DNA of 38,875 bases, taken from the IMG/VR virus record IMGVR_UViG_3300019874_000014, positions 1-38,875 of that record; one strand, given 5' to 3'. Under the pieces are notes generated by a model. That model ran no database searches and was not told the origin of the DNA. It saw only the letters and a list, made by a program, of their open reading frames with translations. Origin of the DNA: a virus. Taxonomy: Duplodnaviria; Caudoviricetes. Each line of letters begins with the position of its first letter. Positions within the stretch are counted from its first letter, which is position 1. A program made the translations under genes and the position numbers. Of this stretch, positions 1 through 8,002 are shown one piece after another.

Positions 1-1
1 T

Positions 2-754
2 CTCGGGGTGTGGACGTGGTCGCTCTACTCGGACGGAGGCACCACGCCGTTCCAGACCGGCACGAGTGCCGCGGGCCCAACCGCTCTCACTGGTGCAGCT
101 GCGGGTCTCTCCCTGAGCATCGCTGCCGGAGTCGCGGTCCTGAACAACACGTGGAACGCTACCCTCGCAGCGTGGGCCGATCAGTCCGGCAACGGTAACC
201 ACTGGTCGCAGGCCACGCCGGCAAAGCAGTTCAAGATCACAACCGGGATCAACGGAAAACCGGGGCTCCTGTCGGATGGCGTCAACGACCTGATGACCGC
301 CGCACTCGCGCTCCCGGCCCCGGGAACCACGCCCTCGTGGCACGGCCTCGTCTGTCGGGTGGTCACCTGGACCAGTAGCGGAGTCATCACTTCAGACGCC
401 AGTGGCAATTCGGGCCTGCTTTTTATGAACGCGGTGACGCCCCTGGTCAGGGCATTCAATGCCACCGGCGGCACGCAGCAAAGTGTTGTGGTGAATACGT
501 GGGAATGTACGGAGGCTGGGTTTACAAATTCTGTAAACGACTACATCCGTCGAGGCTCGAACGCGGCATCTGCGGGAACGATCCTAGGCAATAACGCCAG
601 CGCATCCCGCACACTCGCCGGCCTTGCGTCCTCCAACTTCGGTAATGTCGAGTTCGTCCACCAGGTCGTAACCAATACGATCCCGAACGCTACGCAGATC
701 GCCGCGTGGCGTGCGGCGGTGACATCGTTCTACGGCTCAACGGTGCAGGTGTAA
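2..754 (+). CDS. Tail fibre/receptor-binding protein C-terminal part with LamG/ConA-like domain (5' truncated)
   Basis: Frame open from window edge; WADQSGNGNHWSQAT...INGKPGLLSDGVND motif typical of LamG-like phage tail domains; G/T/S/A/N-rich; precedes lysis genes. Confidence 0.65.
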   Translation, partial: LGVWTWSLYSDGGTTPFQTGTSAAGPTALTGAAAGLSLSIAAGVAVLNNTWNATLAAWADQSGNGNHWSQATPAKQFKITTGINGKPGLLSDGVNDLMTAALALPAPGTTPSWHGLVCRVVTWTSSGVITSDASGNSGLLFMNAVTPLVRAFNATGGTQQSVVVNTWECTEAGFTNSVNDYIRRGSNAASAGTILGNNASASRTLAGLASSNFGNVEFVHQVVTNTIPNATQIAAWRAAVTSFYGSTVQV

Positions 755-755
755 A

Positions 756-1085
756 ATGGCGACTAAGGTCATTCCGGCGGCGGTAGCGGCAGACGTTACA
801 ATAGCACTCGCGCTCGATCCTCCGGTGAGCGGGTGCCACGGCGGCGGCGGGGTGCACGTCGGCATTCCGCCCGACTGGTTCGTGCGCTGCAATTCGGGGC
901 AAGCGGTACCGGGATGCAACTATTCGCACCTGGAGGACGACGGGGCTCTCTACGTTTCGGACGCTGCGCAATCCCGCGTGGCGAACCCGGCATACACGAC
1001 GGTCCTGAACGCAGGGCAGCTCGCGGCGTTCGTGACGAAGCTATCGACGGCGGCGGTCGTTTCCATAGCCATGGTGGACGCATGA
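756..1085 (+). CDS. Hypothetical protein (position suggests tail fibre-associated)
   Basis: ATG 1 nt after upstream TAA; stop overlaps next ATG (ATGA). Confidence 0.6.
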   Translation: MATKVIPAAVAADVTIALALDPPVSGCHGGGGVHVGIPPDWFVRCNSGQAVPGCNYSHLEDDGALYVSDAAQSRVANPAYTTVLNAGQLAAFVTKLSTAAVVSIAMVDA

Positions 1086-1390
1086 TCCGCCGCCCGCTAC
1101 TCCTCCTCGCTGCGATGCTCGGCGACGCCCTCCACGAGCGCGTCCGCCTCCGCTTCCCGCGCGTCTGGCCGTGGGCGCTCGTGCTGCTGACGGGGTGCGG
1201 AGGCGCTCCCGCTCCACGCTTCGGCATCGGTCATTGCAGCCCGGCGCAGGTCGAACTCCAGCGAGCCGAGATGACGGCGCAGGTTATCCCGGCTGTGCTC
1301 GCATGCGTCCAGGCCGGCAACGCGGAAGACTGCCCCGTTGCGGATGCGGCTACGGAGCGCTGGCTTGCAGAGCGCGAGGCCTGCAGGTGA
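1082..1390 (+). CDS. Predicted Cys-rich lipoprotein in lysis region
   Basis: ATGA overlap at 1082; basic stretch then WALVLLTG-C lipobox; further Cys residues; start may be the downstream Met. Confidence 0.6.
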   Translation: MIRRPLLLLAAMLGDALHERVRLRFPRVWPWALVLLTGCGGAPAPRFGIGHCSPAQVELQRAEMTAQVIPAVLACVQAGNAEDCPVADAATERWLAEREACR

Positions 1391-1587
1391 CTGACACGGC
1401 CGGCGTCATCCGCAAGGCGGTCAAGCTCATCCTCGCCGAGGAGAAGCTACACCGCGAGGCGCTCATCGAATGCGCGCGGCGGAAGCGGGAGCTCCACGAG
1501 CTTCTCGATGCCCTTACGCCGACGATGTCCACGAGCGCGAGCCAGTCTTTTCGCGCCGCCACCGCGGCGCTGGAGCCCAAACTGTGA
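1387..1587 (+). CDS. Small helical hypothetical protein
   Basis: GTGA overlaps at both ends; VTDTAGVIRKAVKLILAEEK... Confidence 0.6.
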   Translation: MTDTAGVIRKAVKLILAEEKLHREALIECARRKRELHELLDALTPTMSTSASQSFRAATAALEPKL

Positions 1588-2039
1588 CCATCACCGAGAC
1601 CCTCATTGCCCAGCTACATCCCGAGGTGCAGGGCAAATGCCGCGTTCTCCTGGAGACAGCCAAGGCCGCCGGCATTGAGCTATGCGTGACCCAGGGATAC
1701 CGCTCTCCGCAGCAGCAGGCGAAGCTCTACGCGCAGGGGCGCACAGCTCCCGGGCCCGTCGTGACGCGCGCTCCCCCGGGATTCTCCTGGCACGAATATC
1801 ACCTCGCGTTCGACGTCGCCGTGCTCCACGAGGGCAAGCCGACATGGCCGAACGATATCCGTCTTTGGCGCCGCATCGGGGAGCTAGGGAAGGCAACCGG
1901 GCTCGACTGGGGCGGGGACTTCAAGACCATCACGGATCTGCCCCACTTCGAGTATCACCCGGGGCTCACGCTGGCCGATGCCCGGGCCGGGAAGACGCTA
2001 CCCGATGCCGCCCCACCGGAGACACCCGATGCAGCCTGA
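1584..2039 (+). CDS. Endolysin, M15 family (L-Ala-D-Glu-type) zinc peptidase
   Basis: GYRSxxxQxxLYAQGRT, SWHEYHLAFD (SxHxxxxAxD) and WGGDF...DLPHFE motifs; GTG start overlapping upstream TGA. Confidence 0.92.
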   Translation: MTITETLIAQLHPEVQGKCRVLLETAKAAGIELCVTQGYRSPQQQAKLYAQGRTAPGPVVTRAPPGFSWHEYHLAFDVAVLHEGKPTWPNDIRLWRRIGELGKATGLDWGGDFKTITDLPHFEYHPGLTLADARAGKTLPDAAPPETPDAA

Positions 2040-2223
2040 TTCCCCATTTCCTCCGCCGCCAACGGTCCCCGGCGAGCTCAGGGATACTCTGCCGCCCGAT
2101 GCTGAGGATCGCGTCGTGACCGCCCTGTCGAGGCTCATGGGCAAGGTGGATCGCATTCTGATTCACTTGGGATTACCACTCGAAGATCCGGAGCGAGCGA
2201 ATGGGCACCAGTCGGATGGCTGA
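2029..2223 (+). CDS. Hypothetical protein
   Basis: MQPDSPF...; overlaps both neighbours by a few nt in operon fashion. Confidence 0.55.
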   Translation: MQPDSPFPPPPTVPGELRDTLPPDAEDRVVTALSRLMGKVDRILIHLGLPLEDPERANGHQSDG

Positions 2224-2566
2224 CCCCGACGCTACGGGCATCGCTCTCTACGTCTCCACCGGAGTCGCCGCCGGGGGCATCATCGCCAAGGCCATCGCGG
2301 CGTTTTGGAAATTCGGCAACAAGGGCAAGGAAGACCTCATTGACGAGCTACGAGCCACGAACGCGGTCACCGCGGACCGGTTGAAACGCTCCGAGGAAAC
2401 GGTCACCAAGCTCGGAGACCTGCTGGATATCAAAAAGCAGGAGCTCTCGGATCTGAAAGAGCGCTTCGCTGCGCACGTGATACGCACGGACGACTACGGG
2501 GACGTGCCGACTGGCGTCCATCACCTCGCCGCAACGCTCGACCCGTCGAAACCCACGCCACGCTGA
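2216..2566 (+). CDS. Single-TM coiled-coil membrane protein, holin-like candidate
   Basis: N-terminal hydrophobic helix (IALYVSTGVAAGGIIAKAIAAFW) followed by Lys-rich heptad region; in lysis cassette. Confidence 0.55.
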   Translation: MADPDATGIALYVSTGVAAGGIIAKAIAAFWKFGNKGKEDLIDELRATNAVTADRLKRSEETVTKLGDLLDIKKQELSDLKERFAAHVIRTDDYGDVPTGVHHLAATLDPSKPTPR

Positions 2567-2576
2567 AAGGCTCCCC

Positions 2577-2708
2577 ATGGTCACCACCGTCCTCCTCTCC
2601 ACGGCCGTCATCGTTCTCGGCGCTCAGGTGCTCCGCCCTGGCGGTTTCATCGCCATCGGTCTCGGGGTGCTAGCCATCCTCGCGGCGGCGCTGCATTGGC
2701 CGTTGTAG
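2577..2708 (+). CDS. 43-aa two-helix membrane microprotein, holin/antiholin candidate (not in ORF track)
   Basis: Hand translation MVTTVLLSTAVIVLGAQVLRPGGFIAIGLGVLAILAAALHWPL*; AAAGG upstream of ATG. Confidence 0.65.
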   Translation: MVTTVLLSTAVIVLGAQVLRPGGFIAIGLGVLAILAAALHWPL

Positions 2709-3104
2709 ACCCGCCCCCCGTACCAGCTCAGCCCACGGCAGGTCTACCCAGGGGCCCCCGTCATTGGCGTGCTCATCGCAAGCGCGATGGAACGGCGACG
2801 TGTGTTTCGTCGCCGGCCGCCGGCATGAGCGGCACTCGGTGAGCTCAGGTAGCAGCGCGCGCAGGGCCTCCCGCCACCTCCGGAGCTCCTCCCGCGCCCT
2901 GTCCTCCGCATCGCTCCTGTCCTGCCACCCATCCAGCGCTCGCTGCGCCTTCTCCGCGAGCGTCATCGGCCCGCCGCAATGCGTGTCGTGCTGGACGGCC
3001 TCGTCGGTCAGGATGGTGGCCAGTGTGGCGAGCTCGGAGCGGGCGGCGTCGCGGTCCGCGACAACATCGGCGAGAAAGTTCGCGTCGGCTTCGTCTTCGG
3101 TCAT
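2670..3104 (-). CDS. Hypothetical early protein with C-terminal CxxC...HxxCxxH putative Zn site
   Basis: Start MTEDEAD at 3104 with GGAG upstream and ATGA overlap; CRSC...HRACDEH. Confidence 0.65.
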   Translation of the reverse strand: MTEDEADANFLADVVADRDAARSELATLATILTDEAVQHDTHCGGPMTLAEKAQRALDGWQDRSDAEDRAREELRRWREALRALLPELTECRSCRRPATKHTSPFHRACDEHANDGGPWVDLPWAELVRGAGLQRPMQRRREDG

Positions 3105-3343
3105 GGCGTCTCCGGTGCGGCCAGGCATCCAGGCTCGTGGTCCTCTGGCTCTCCGGCATAGAACTCCGCTCCGCACAGATTGCACGAGTCGCCGGTCAGG
3201 TGCAGCAACCGGAGCGCTTCGGAACGGTCCATCTCCCCCGCCAGCGCGGCCTTCACCTCGGCGACTAGTCGCGCCGCGTGAGACCCGTAGCCGGTGAGTT
3301 TCAGTAGCCGCTCACACAACCGGTCGATGGCGGCGGGGTTCAT
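3101..3343 (-). CDS. Hypothetical protein with CxxC...HxxxC putative Zn site
   Basis: Start MNPAAID with GGAG SD and ATGA overlap; CNLCG...HEPGC. Confidence 0.65.
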   Translation of the reverse strand: MNPAAIDRLCERLLKLTGYGSHAARLVAEVKAALAGEMDRSEALRLLHLTGDSCNLCGAEFYAGEPEDHEPGCLAAPETP

Positions 3344-3708
3344 GTCTCCCCCGCTGGCGTGGCGAGGACTGCGTCGATTCGTCCACGCCAGTATTCTCCG
3401 TCGCTCGTGGCCCCGGGTGAGAGCATGTCCCAGGCGCGAAGCTGGACAAGTAGCCCCCGCATCCTCCCCGCCTCCTCCGCCGCATCGCAGAGCGCGACGG
3501 CGGCGTTGCGGAGTTCGGCTATCAGCTCGCTGTCCTCCTCCCGTGCAGCGCTCGCGACGTGCGGCCACATGCCTACGCGCATGCCGCTAGCCGGCTCACC
3601 GTCAGGCCCGACAACGCGCACGTGGTAGAGCTTTGATGCCCAGCGTCCTGAGGTAGCCTCAGCCTCCAGCCTCCGAATGGTGGCGATGGTTGCGGGGGAG
3701 AGGATCAC
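3340..3708 (-). CDS. Ead/Ea22-like early protein
   Basis: EAEATSGRW...DSELIAELRNAAVAL resembles the AT(P)GxW...DAxFIAxxRNA pattern of Ead/Ea22-like domains. Confidence 0.6.
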   Translation of the reverse strand: MILSPATIATIRRLEAEATSGRWASKLYHVRVVGPDGEPASGMRVGMWPHVASAAREEDSELIAELRNAAVALCDAAEEAGRMRGLLVQLRAWDMLSPGATSDGEYWRGRIDAVLATPAGET

Positions 3709-3941
3709 AGCTCGTGCTCCCGCGGGCTACACGAATGCATCCCGATTCCAGATTCGAGGATGCGCGCCACTTCCTCGCAGTTCTCGGCCGTGAGCTTTAC
3801 GCCGAGGCTCTCGCGCAGGATTTCGCCCAGCGCGGCGACGACGCGGAACCAGTTCGCAACTGCGAGGTGCGACTCGGGAGGTTTCGGCGCCGGGGTTCCT
3901 TCTCTGATACGCTCGGCCCACGACTTCGTTTTCTCGGGCAT
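3705..3941 (-). CDS. Hypothetical protein
   Basis: Purine-rich SD region upstream; GTGA overlap downstream. Confidence 0.6.
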   Translation of the reverse strand: MPEKTKSWAERIREGTPAPKPPESHLAVANWFRVVAALGEILRESLGVKLTAENCEEVARILESGIGMHSCSPREHEL

Positions 3942-3974
3942 CTCCCTACTTCCTTCCGCCCCTGGTTTGGGGGC

Positions 3975-4181
3975 TCAAAACGGTCCGCTCTTCGGGGCCT
4001 TCATCTTATCGGCCCACGTCCGCACCTGGTAGTTGAGGAACCGGTGCGCCTTGTCGTGCGCCCGTTGCTCTGCGTCGGACAACACATCGGAGCTGCCGCC
4101 TTGAGAACCGTGCGTCGGGTCTCGGTCGACCATCAAGAACAGTCGCTCAAAGTCATCGTCCGTAAGCAGGTAGACCCTCAC
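3975..4181 (-). CDS. Hypothetical protein
   Basis: GTG start overlapping upstream TGA; VRVYLLTDDDFERL... Confidence 0.6.
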   Translation of the reverse strand: MRVYLLTDDDFERLFLMVDRDPTHGSQGGSSDVLSDAEQRAHDKAHRFLNYQVRTWADKMKAPKSGPF

Positions 4182-4351
4182 CCGTCCCTCGCTTTCCTGG
4201 TCGCGGCGCGTTTCGCTGCTAGCTCGCGCTTCTCCGTAGCCCGCGCCGAGTCGGTCGTCCCGCAGAGCCAACGGGACAGCGTCTCGACGAACTCCGCGTT
4301 TTGGATGCGCTCCTCCAGCTCGACGGCCGCCATGTGCATTGCGGGGGTCAC
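4178..4351 (-). CDS. Small hypothetical protein
   Basis: GTGA overlaps at both ends. Confidence 0.55.
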   Translation of the reverse strand: MTPAMHMAAVELEERIQNAEFVETLSRWLCGTTDSARATEKRELAAKRAATRKARDG

Positions 4352-4548
4352 TTTGGTTTCCTGGTCGCGGCGGGGGTCTTCTTCTTGAACCGTCCGTGGT
4401 CCGGGTGTGCCGGGTTGCAGTTCTTGCACGGGAAACAATGCGTGTCGTAGCCGACGCCCATGCAGGTCTGGCACTGGCTGGTGCGCTTGCCCTCAAGAGA
4501 GGAGACCCTTTTTTCTAGGTCCGCGAGGCGCTGCTCCGTCGTCGTCAC
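4348..4548 (-). CDS. Small zinc-finger protein (CxxCxGxG...CxxC) with N-terminal coil
   Basis: CQTCMGVG...CKNC; GTGA overlaps. Confidence 0.6.
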   Translation of the reverse strand: MTTTEQRLADLEKRVSSLEGKRTSQCQTCMGVGYDTHCFPCKNCNPAHPDHGRFKKKTPAATRKPK

Positions 4549-4847
4549 TTCCCACCTCCCGACGGCGGGGGCTGGAGTCTGCGGAGCCAGTAGAGGGCGG
4601 CCTCACCGGTCTCGATGCCGAGGTCTGGCGAGTCATTGCCGAGCCACTCTTCTAGGCGCGAGACCGTCTGAAGGAACGTCACGCCATCAGTGGTCCCGAC
4701 CGGCACGGCATCGGCGGCCTTCATCCAGTGAACGGCGCTGATGACGGTGTCGATCGGGTAGAAGCTGCGGCGCTTGTTGAGCCACCCATCGAGCTCCCGG
4801 ATCGTTTCTTTTAGCGTGTACTCCGGCCCGTCTTTCTCATTTGGCAT
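4545..4847 (-). CDS. Hypothetical protein made of two ~35-aa internal repeats
   Basis: TLKETIRELDGWL...IDTVISAVHWMK vs TFLQTVSRLEEWL...IETGEAALYWLR; AAGGAG upstream. Confidence 0.65.
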   Translation of the reverse strand: MPNEKDGPEYTLKETIRELDGWLNKRRSFYPIDTVISAVHWMKAADAVPVGTTDGVTFLQTVSRLEEWLGNDSPDLGIETGEAALYWLRRLQPPPSGGGK

Positions 4848-5001
4848 CGGGGGACTCTTTCTTCACTCGACTTCGCCACACCACGGCCCAACCCAGGAAC
4901 AGCTCTCGCTGACAACCGCACGACTCCGCGGCCACTCGCTCGCATTCGGCCGCGAGCCATGCCGGATCGCGCCAGTGCTGGTGCTCGAAGATGCGGTTCA
5001 C
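4837..5001 (-). CDS. Small hypothetical protein
   Basis: GTG start overlapping upstream TGA; fills operon gap. Confidence 0.5.
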   Translation of the reverse strand: MNRIFEHQHWRDPAWLAAECERVAAESCGCQRELFLGWAVVWRSRVKKESPDAK

Positions 5002-6584
5002 TTCCCACCTCGCGCGTTCAGCCACGATTCGTAGGCGAGTACGGCGCTGTACATGGACCCCGGAAGCCGAACGCGATCGGCCCTTGCGCCGACGACTGCA
5101 TCGACGACAGGCCGCATGGCCTCCACGTGCTCGGTGGCGAGCCTGAACTCCCGATGCAGCGCAATCACGCGCGGGTCTGACGTGGTCCAGCGGTCAGTGC
5201 CGGACCCGATGGTTTCCTCGCTGCGTGCGTCGCGCGCCTCCTCCCTCCGCATCGCCTCCCTCACCATCTTGTTCGCGGGATGCTCAAGCTCCGGAGGTAG
5301 GTCGCCGTGGGGGCCGGGAGCCAGAATGAAGACGTCGGGGGTCTTCGGGATGTCGACTGCGGCGTCATCATCGTCATCGCTGCACGCCTCTGCGAGTTTG
5401 TTACGCAGCGCAATCTCTCCCGGGAAACCACCGCAGTGCTCGTTGATATGCCGATACCAAGCCATGGCCGCCGCCACGATCGCGCGCTCCCTGTCGGCCA
5501 GAGGAGCGATGGGGGTAGCGGCGGCGCGGTCGCACATGGCCTCCGCTGCACACATGATCGAGTAAGTGTCCGGGTCACAGTCGAACATCTTCGCGATGCG
5601 CTCTATCTTAGCGATGGTTTCCGGGTGTACCGCCGGCTGAGTCGGCACCGCTGGCACCGGCACAGGTCGCTTGTGCACACTGCCGTAGCCGCGCGAGTCC
5701 GGGCAGTCAGGGTCAGCGCAGGGCTTCCCCTCGTCGGAGCGGGGCAAATCGTGCGAGCAATTCGGGCAGCGCTTGCCGTCTGGCTGTCCATTACCCCAGA
5801 CGGTTCGGGTCCCGGCGCACCTCGCGCAGACCTCGTCGGGTCGCGGCGGCTCTTCATGGGCGATGCAATCCATTCCGCACGTCGCGCAGCAACCGTCCTC
5901 ATCTGCCTTCACGTGAGGGCCGCAGTCCGGGCATGTCCAATAGCCGCGCGCCATCGGGGTACTCCCCGGGGAGCGGGGCGGCTCGTAGGGGACATAGTCG
6001 TACCCCTCGTGGTTGGATCGCTGACTGTCACGCCTGCGCTGTGCGTTAATCGCTCGCTTCCAGGTTGTCGCGGCCTCTTCCGTCATGGCGCGGATGGTTT
6101 CCTTGGCATCGTGCAGAGCGGCGTCTATCGCGGTCGTCTCTTTTTTTAGTTTCCGGATGGTTTCCGCGTCTTCGGTCATGAGCTCTCGCTGCCTCCGTAT
6201 CTCTTTCGCTTGGTTACTGTTGAGTTCCCCCAACTCCCGGAGAGTCTCGCGGGCGGATGTGAGGTCTAGTTCTGCATCGATAGCGCGCTCCTCGAAGGTG
6301 CCGGACTCGCATCGGGCGGCGTCCCTCTCCGCGACCGCTGCCGCGAGCTGGGCTCGAAGGTCGTCGCTTCCCACGTAGAGCTGGCGCCCCAGATACGCGG
6401 CAAGCACCTCCTGCCGGTATTCCGCCGTCTGCGCGTCGAGATGGCCGCGGATGTCGTCGGGGGCGGCCTTTTGCTGAACGTATAGCGAGCCATTGTTCTT
6501 GTAGATCTTGCGCGCGTAGAGCTCGCATGTGACCTCGGTGGTGGTCGCTGGTGAAGAGATGCGTTCGGTCCAGGGGGTGGTCAT
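4998..6584 (-). CDS. Large mosaic protein: coiled coil plus several Cys-rich zinc ribbons
   Basis: 528-aa ORF coupled by ATGA; heptad region then CPDC..CCATC, CARC..CPNC, CADPDC..H. Confidence 0.7.
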   Translation of the reverse strand: MTTPWTERISSPATTTEVTCELYARKIYKNNGSLYVQQKAAPDDIRGHLDAQTAEYRQEVLAAYLGRQLYVGSDDLRAQLAAAVAERDAARCESGTFEERAIDAELDLTSARETLRELGELNSNQAKEIRRQRELMTEDAETIRKLKKETTAIDAALHDAKETIRAMTEEAATTWKRAINAQRRRDSQRSNHEGYDYVPYEPPRSPGSTPMARGYWTCPDCGPHVKADEDGCCATCGMDCIAHEEPPRPDEVCARCAGTRTVWGNGQPDGKRCPNCSHDLPRSDEGKPCADPDCPDSRGYGSVHKRPVPVPAVPTQPAVHPETIAKIERIAKMFDCDPDTYSIMCAAEAMCDRAAATPIAPLADRERAIVAAAMAWYRHINEHCGGFPGEIALRNKLAEACSDDDDDAAVDIPKTPDVFILAPGPHGDLPPELEHPANKMVREAMRREEARDARSEETIGSGTDRWTTSDPRVIALHREFRLATEHVEAMRPVVDAVVGARADRVRLPGSMYSAVLAYESWLNARGGK

Positions 6585-8002
6585 TCACCCAGCTCCTCTT
6601 GGCAGTAAGCATTGAACAGCGCCCCAGGATACTCAATGCGCGCGAGCTGCACCCCGGCGGTCTTGCGCAACATCTCGGCACGTCGCTTGTGCCAGTTGCC
6701 AGGTTGCTTCCCCGGGTTGACGTGCAGCATCCCGGCGGCTTCGGCCTGCTCGATCGTGTAGCGGAGCGCCGTGGGTTTCGGGTTGCGCCGGTTCTTGGTC
6801 GTCCACTCCGCGTATCGGTCGTCCCCGCCCTCGAATTGGAAGTACTCGCAGTCCGGGTGGTTCTTCGCGCGGTCGATCAGAATGTGCGCGCCGACGCTAA
6901 CCTTGCCCTCGAAGAACGAGAGCGCATCCAGCGCCGTGGCCGCGGTTATTCCCATCTCCCGCCCACGGATGATGACGGCGAAGATAGCCTCACGCGTCCC
7001 GAACGACTTTCCGTAGAGTCTCGAATTGTGGAGGTACCCCGAAATCTTCCACGCCGCGTCGAGCGTGCGCGGCTCGAGTTCGAGCGCGAAGTCCACCGGC
7101 ACCAGGGCCAGCGCCGTCGTGGTGACCGTTTGCGTTACCTCCGCAGGCGGCGGCGCATCCTGTCCTGGTTCGCTCTTCGGCGCCTCGGGAGCGGGAGAAA
7201 TCGGGTCAAAGTCGGCATCTTCGGGAACGTCTGACATGGCTTTCGGTATCCTCTCCTCGTAAATCTTCATCCAATCGATCGGGCAGTCGTCGCGTAATCG
7301 AATCACCTGCTTCGCGAGCCGCGCCGCTGGCCCCCCCTGGAAGAGCGCCTCCTGTAGCTTCGGGGTCGTGATCTTGTCCACGTTCGCAAACACGTCCTCT
7401 AGCGTCCCGAACTTCATCAACAGCTTGGCTGCCGTCACCGGCCCGACCTTCGTCACCCCGGGCACGTTATCGCTAGAGTCGCCTTGTAGCGAAAGGCTGT
7501 CCAGTAGCATCTCAGGCGGAACGTGCCACGCCTCGATCACGTCTCCGCGCGCGAAGAATTTATCCTTCATCGGCGAATAGACACGGACCGCGTTCGCGTC
7601 GTCCACGAGCTGCAGCAGATCCTTGTCCGCGCTCGCCACCGTCACGTCCAGGCCATCCGCAACGGCCAGCTTGACCGCGCTCGCGATGACGTCATCGGAC
7701 TCCTCACCGGGGCACGATAGCAGTAGCAGCCCGTCAGCCTCCAGGCGCTCCTTCGTGCGCCGGTACTGCTCAACGAAAACGTTCGTGGGCGCGTCCCTCT
7801 GTGCCTTGTACGTCGGCAGCAGGGCCTTGCGGCGAGCGTACGGCGGCGAGTCCAGGCACACCGCTACCAGGTCGTACCCGCGGCGCATCTTGGCAATCGT
7901 CTCCACGGTGATGGAGAAGGCTTTACCGACCTCCTCGTCTCCAGAGGCATGGAACGCCGGGTAGTAAATTGACCCCAAATCGATCAGCAAAAGTTTCTTC
8001 AT
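6581..8002 (-). CDS. Fusion: PolI/FEN-type 5'-3' exonuclease (aa ~1-250) + RecT-like single-strand annealing domain (aa ~305-473)
   Basis: LLIDLGS, YKAQR, ESDDVIAS, SADKDLLQL, GDSSDNVPGVxxVGxxTAxKLL (H3TH); C-terminal GREMGITAATAL...FEGK, YTIEQAEAAGML, W...EMLRKTA...AR..YP..L...Y..EE. Confidence 0.85.
   Translation of the reverse strand: MKKLLLIDLGSIYYPAFHASGDEEVGKAFSITVETIAKMRRGYDLVAVCLDSPPYARRKALLPTYKAQRDAPTNVFVEQYRRTKERLEADGLLLLSCPGEESDDVIASAVKLAVADGLDVTVASADKDLLQLVDDANAVRVYSPMKDKFFARGDVIEAWHVPPEMLLDSLSLQGDSSDNVPGVTKVGPVTAAKLLMKFGTLEDVFANVDKITTPKLQEALFQGGPAARLAKQVIRLRDDCPIDWMKIYEERIPKAMSDVPEDADFDPISPAPEAPKSEPGQDAPPPAEVTQTVTTTALALVPVDFALELEPRTLDAAWKISGYLHNSRLYGKSFGTREAIFAVIIRGREMGITAATALDALSFFEGKVSVGAHILIDRAKNHPDCEYFQFEGGDDRYAEWTTKNRRNPKPTALRYTIEQAEAAGMLHVNPGKQPGNWHKRRAEMLRKTAGVQLARIEYPGALFNAYCQEELGE

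Noticed and set aside
3942-3977. GCCCC/GGGGC hairpin and in-frame gap suggesting terminator or stop read-through
   Set aside because: Short stem with no U-tract; downstream gene has its own purine-rich SD; in-frame spacing has a one-in-three chance
6581-8002. Truncated DNA polymerase I (polA pseudogene)
   Set aside because: No Klenow motifs; the C-terminal part is a different intact domain and the ORF is coupled to neighbours
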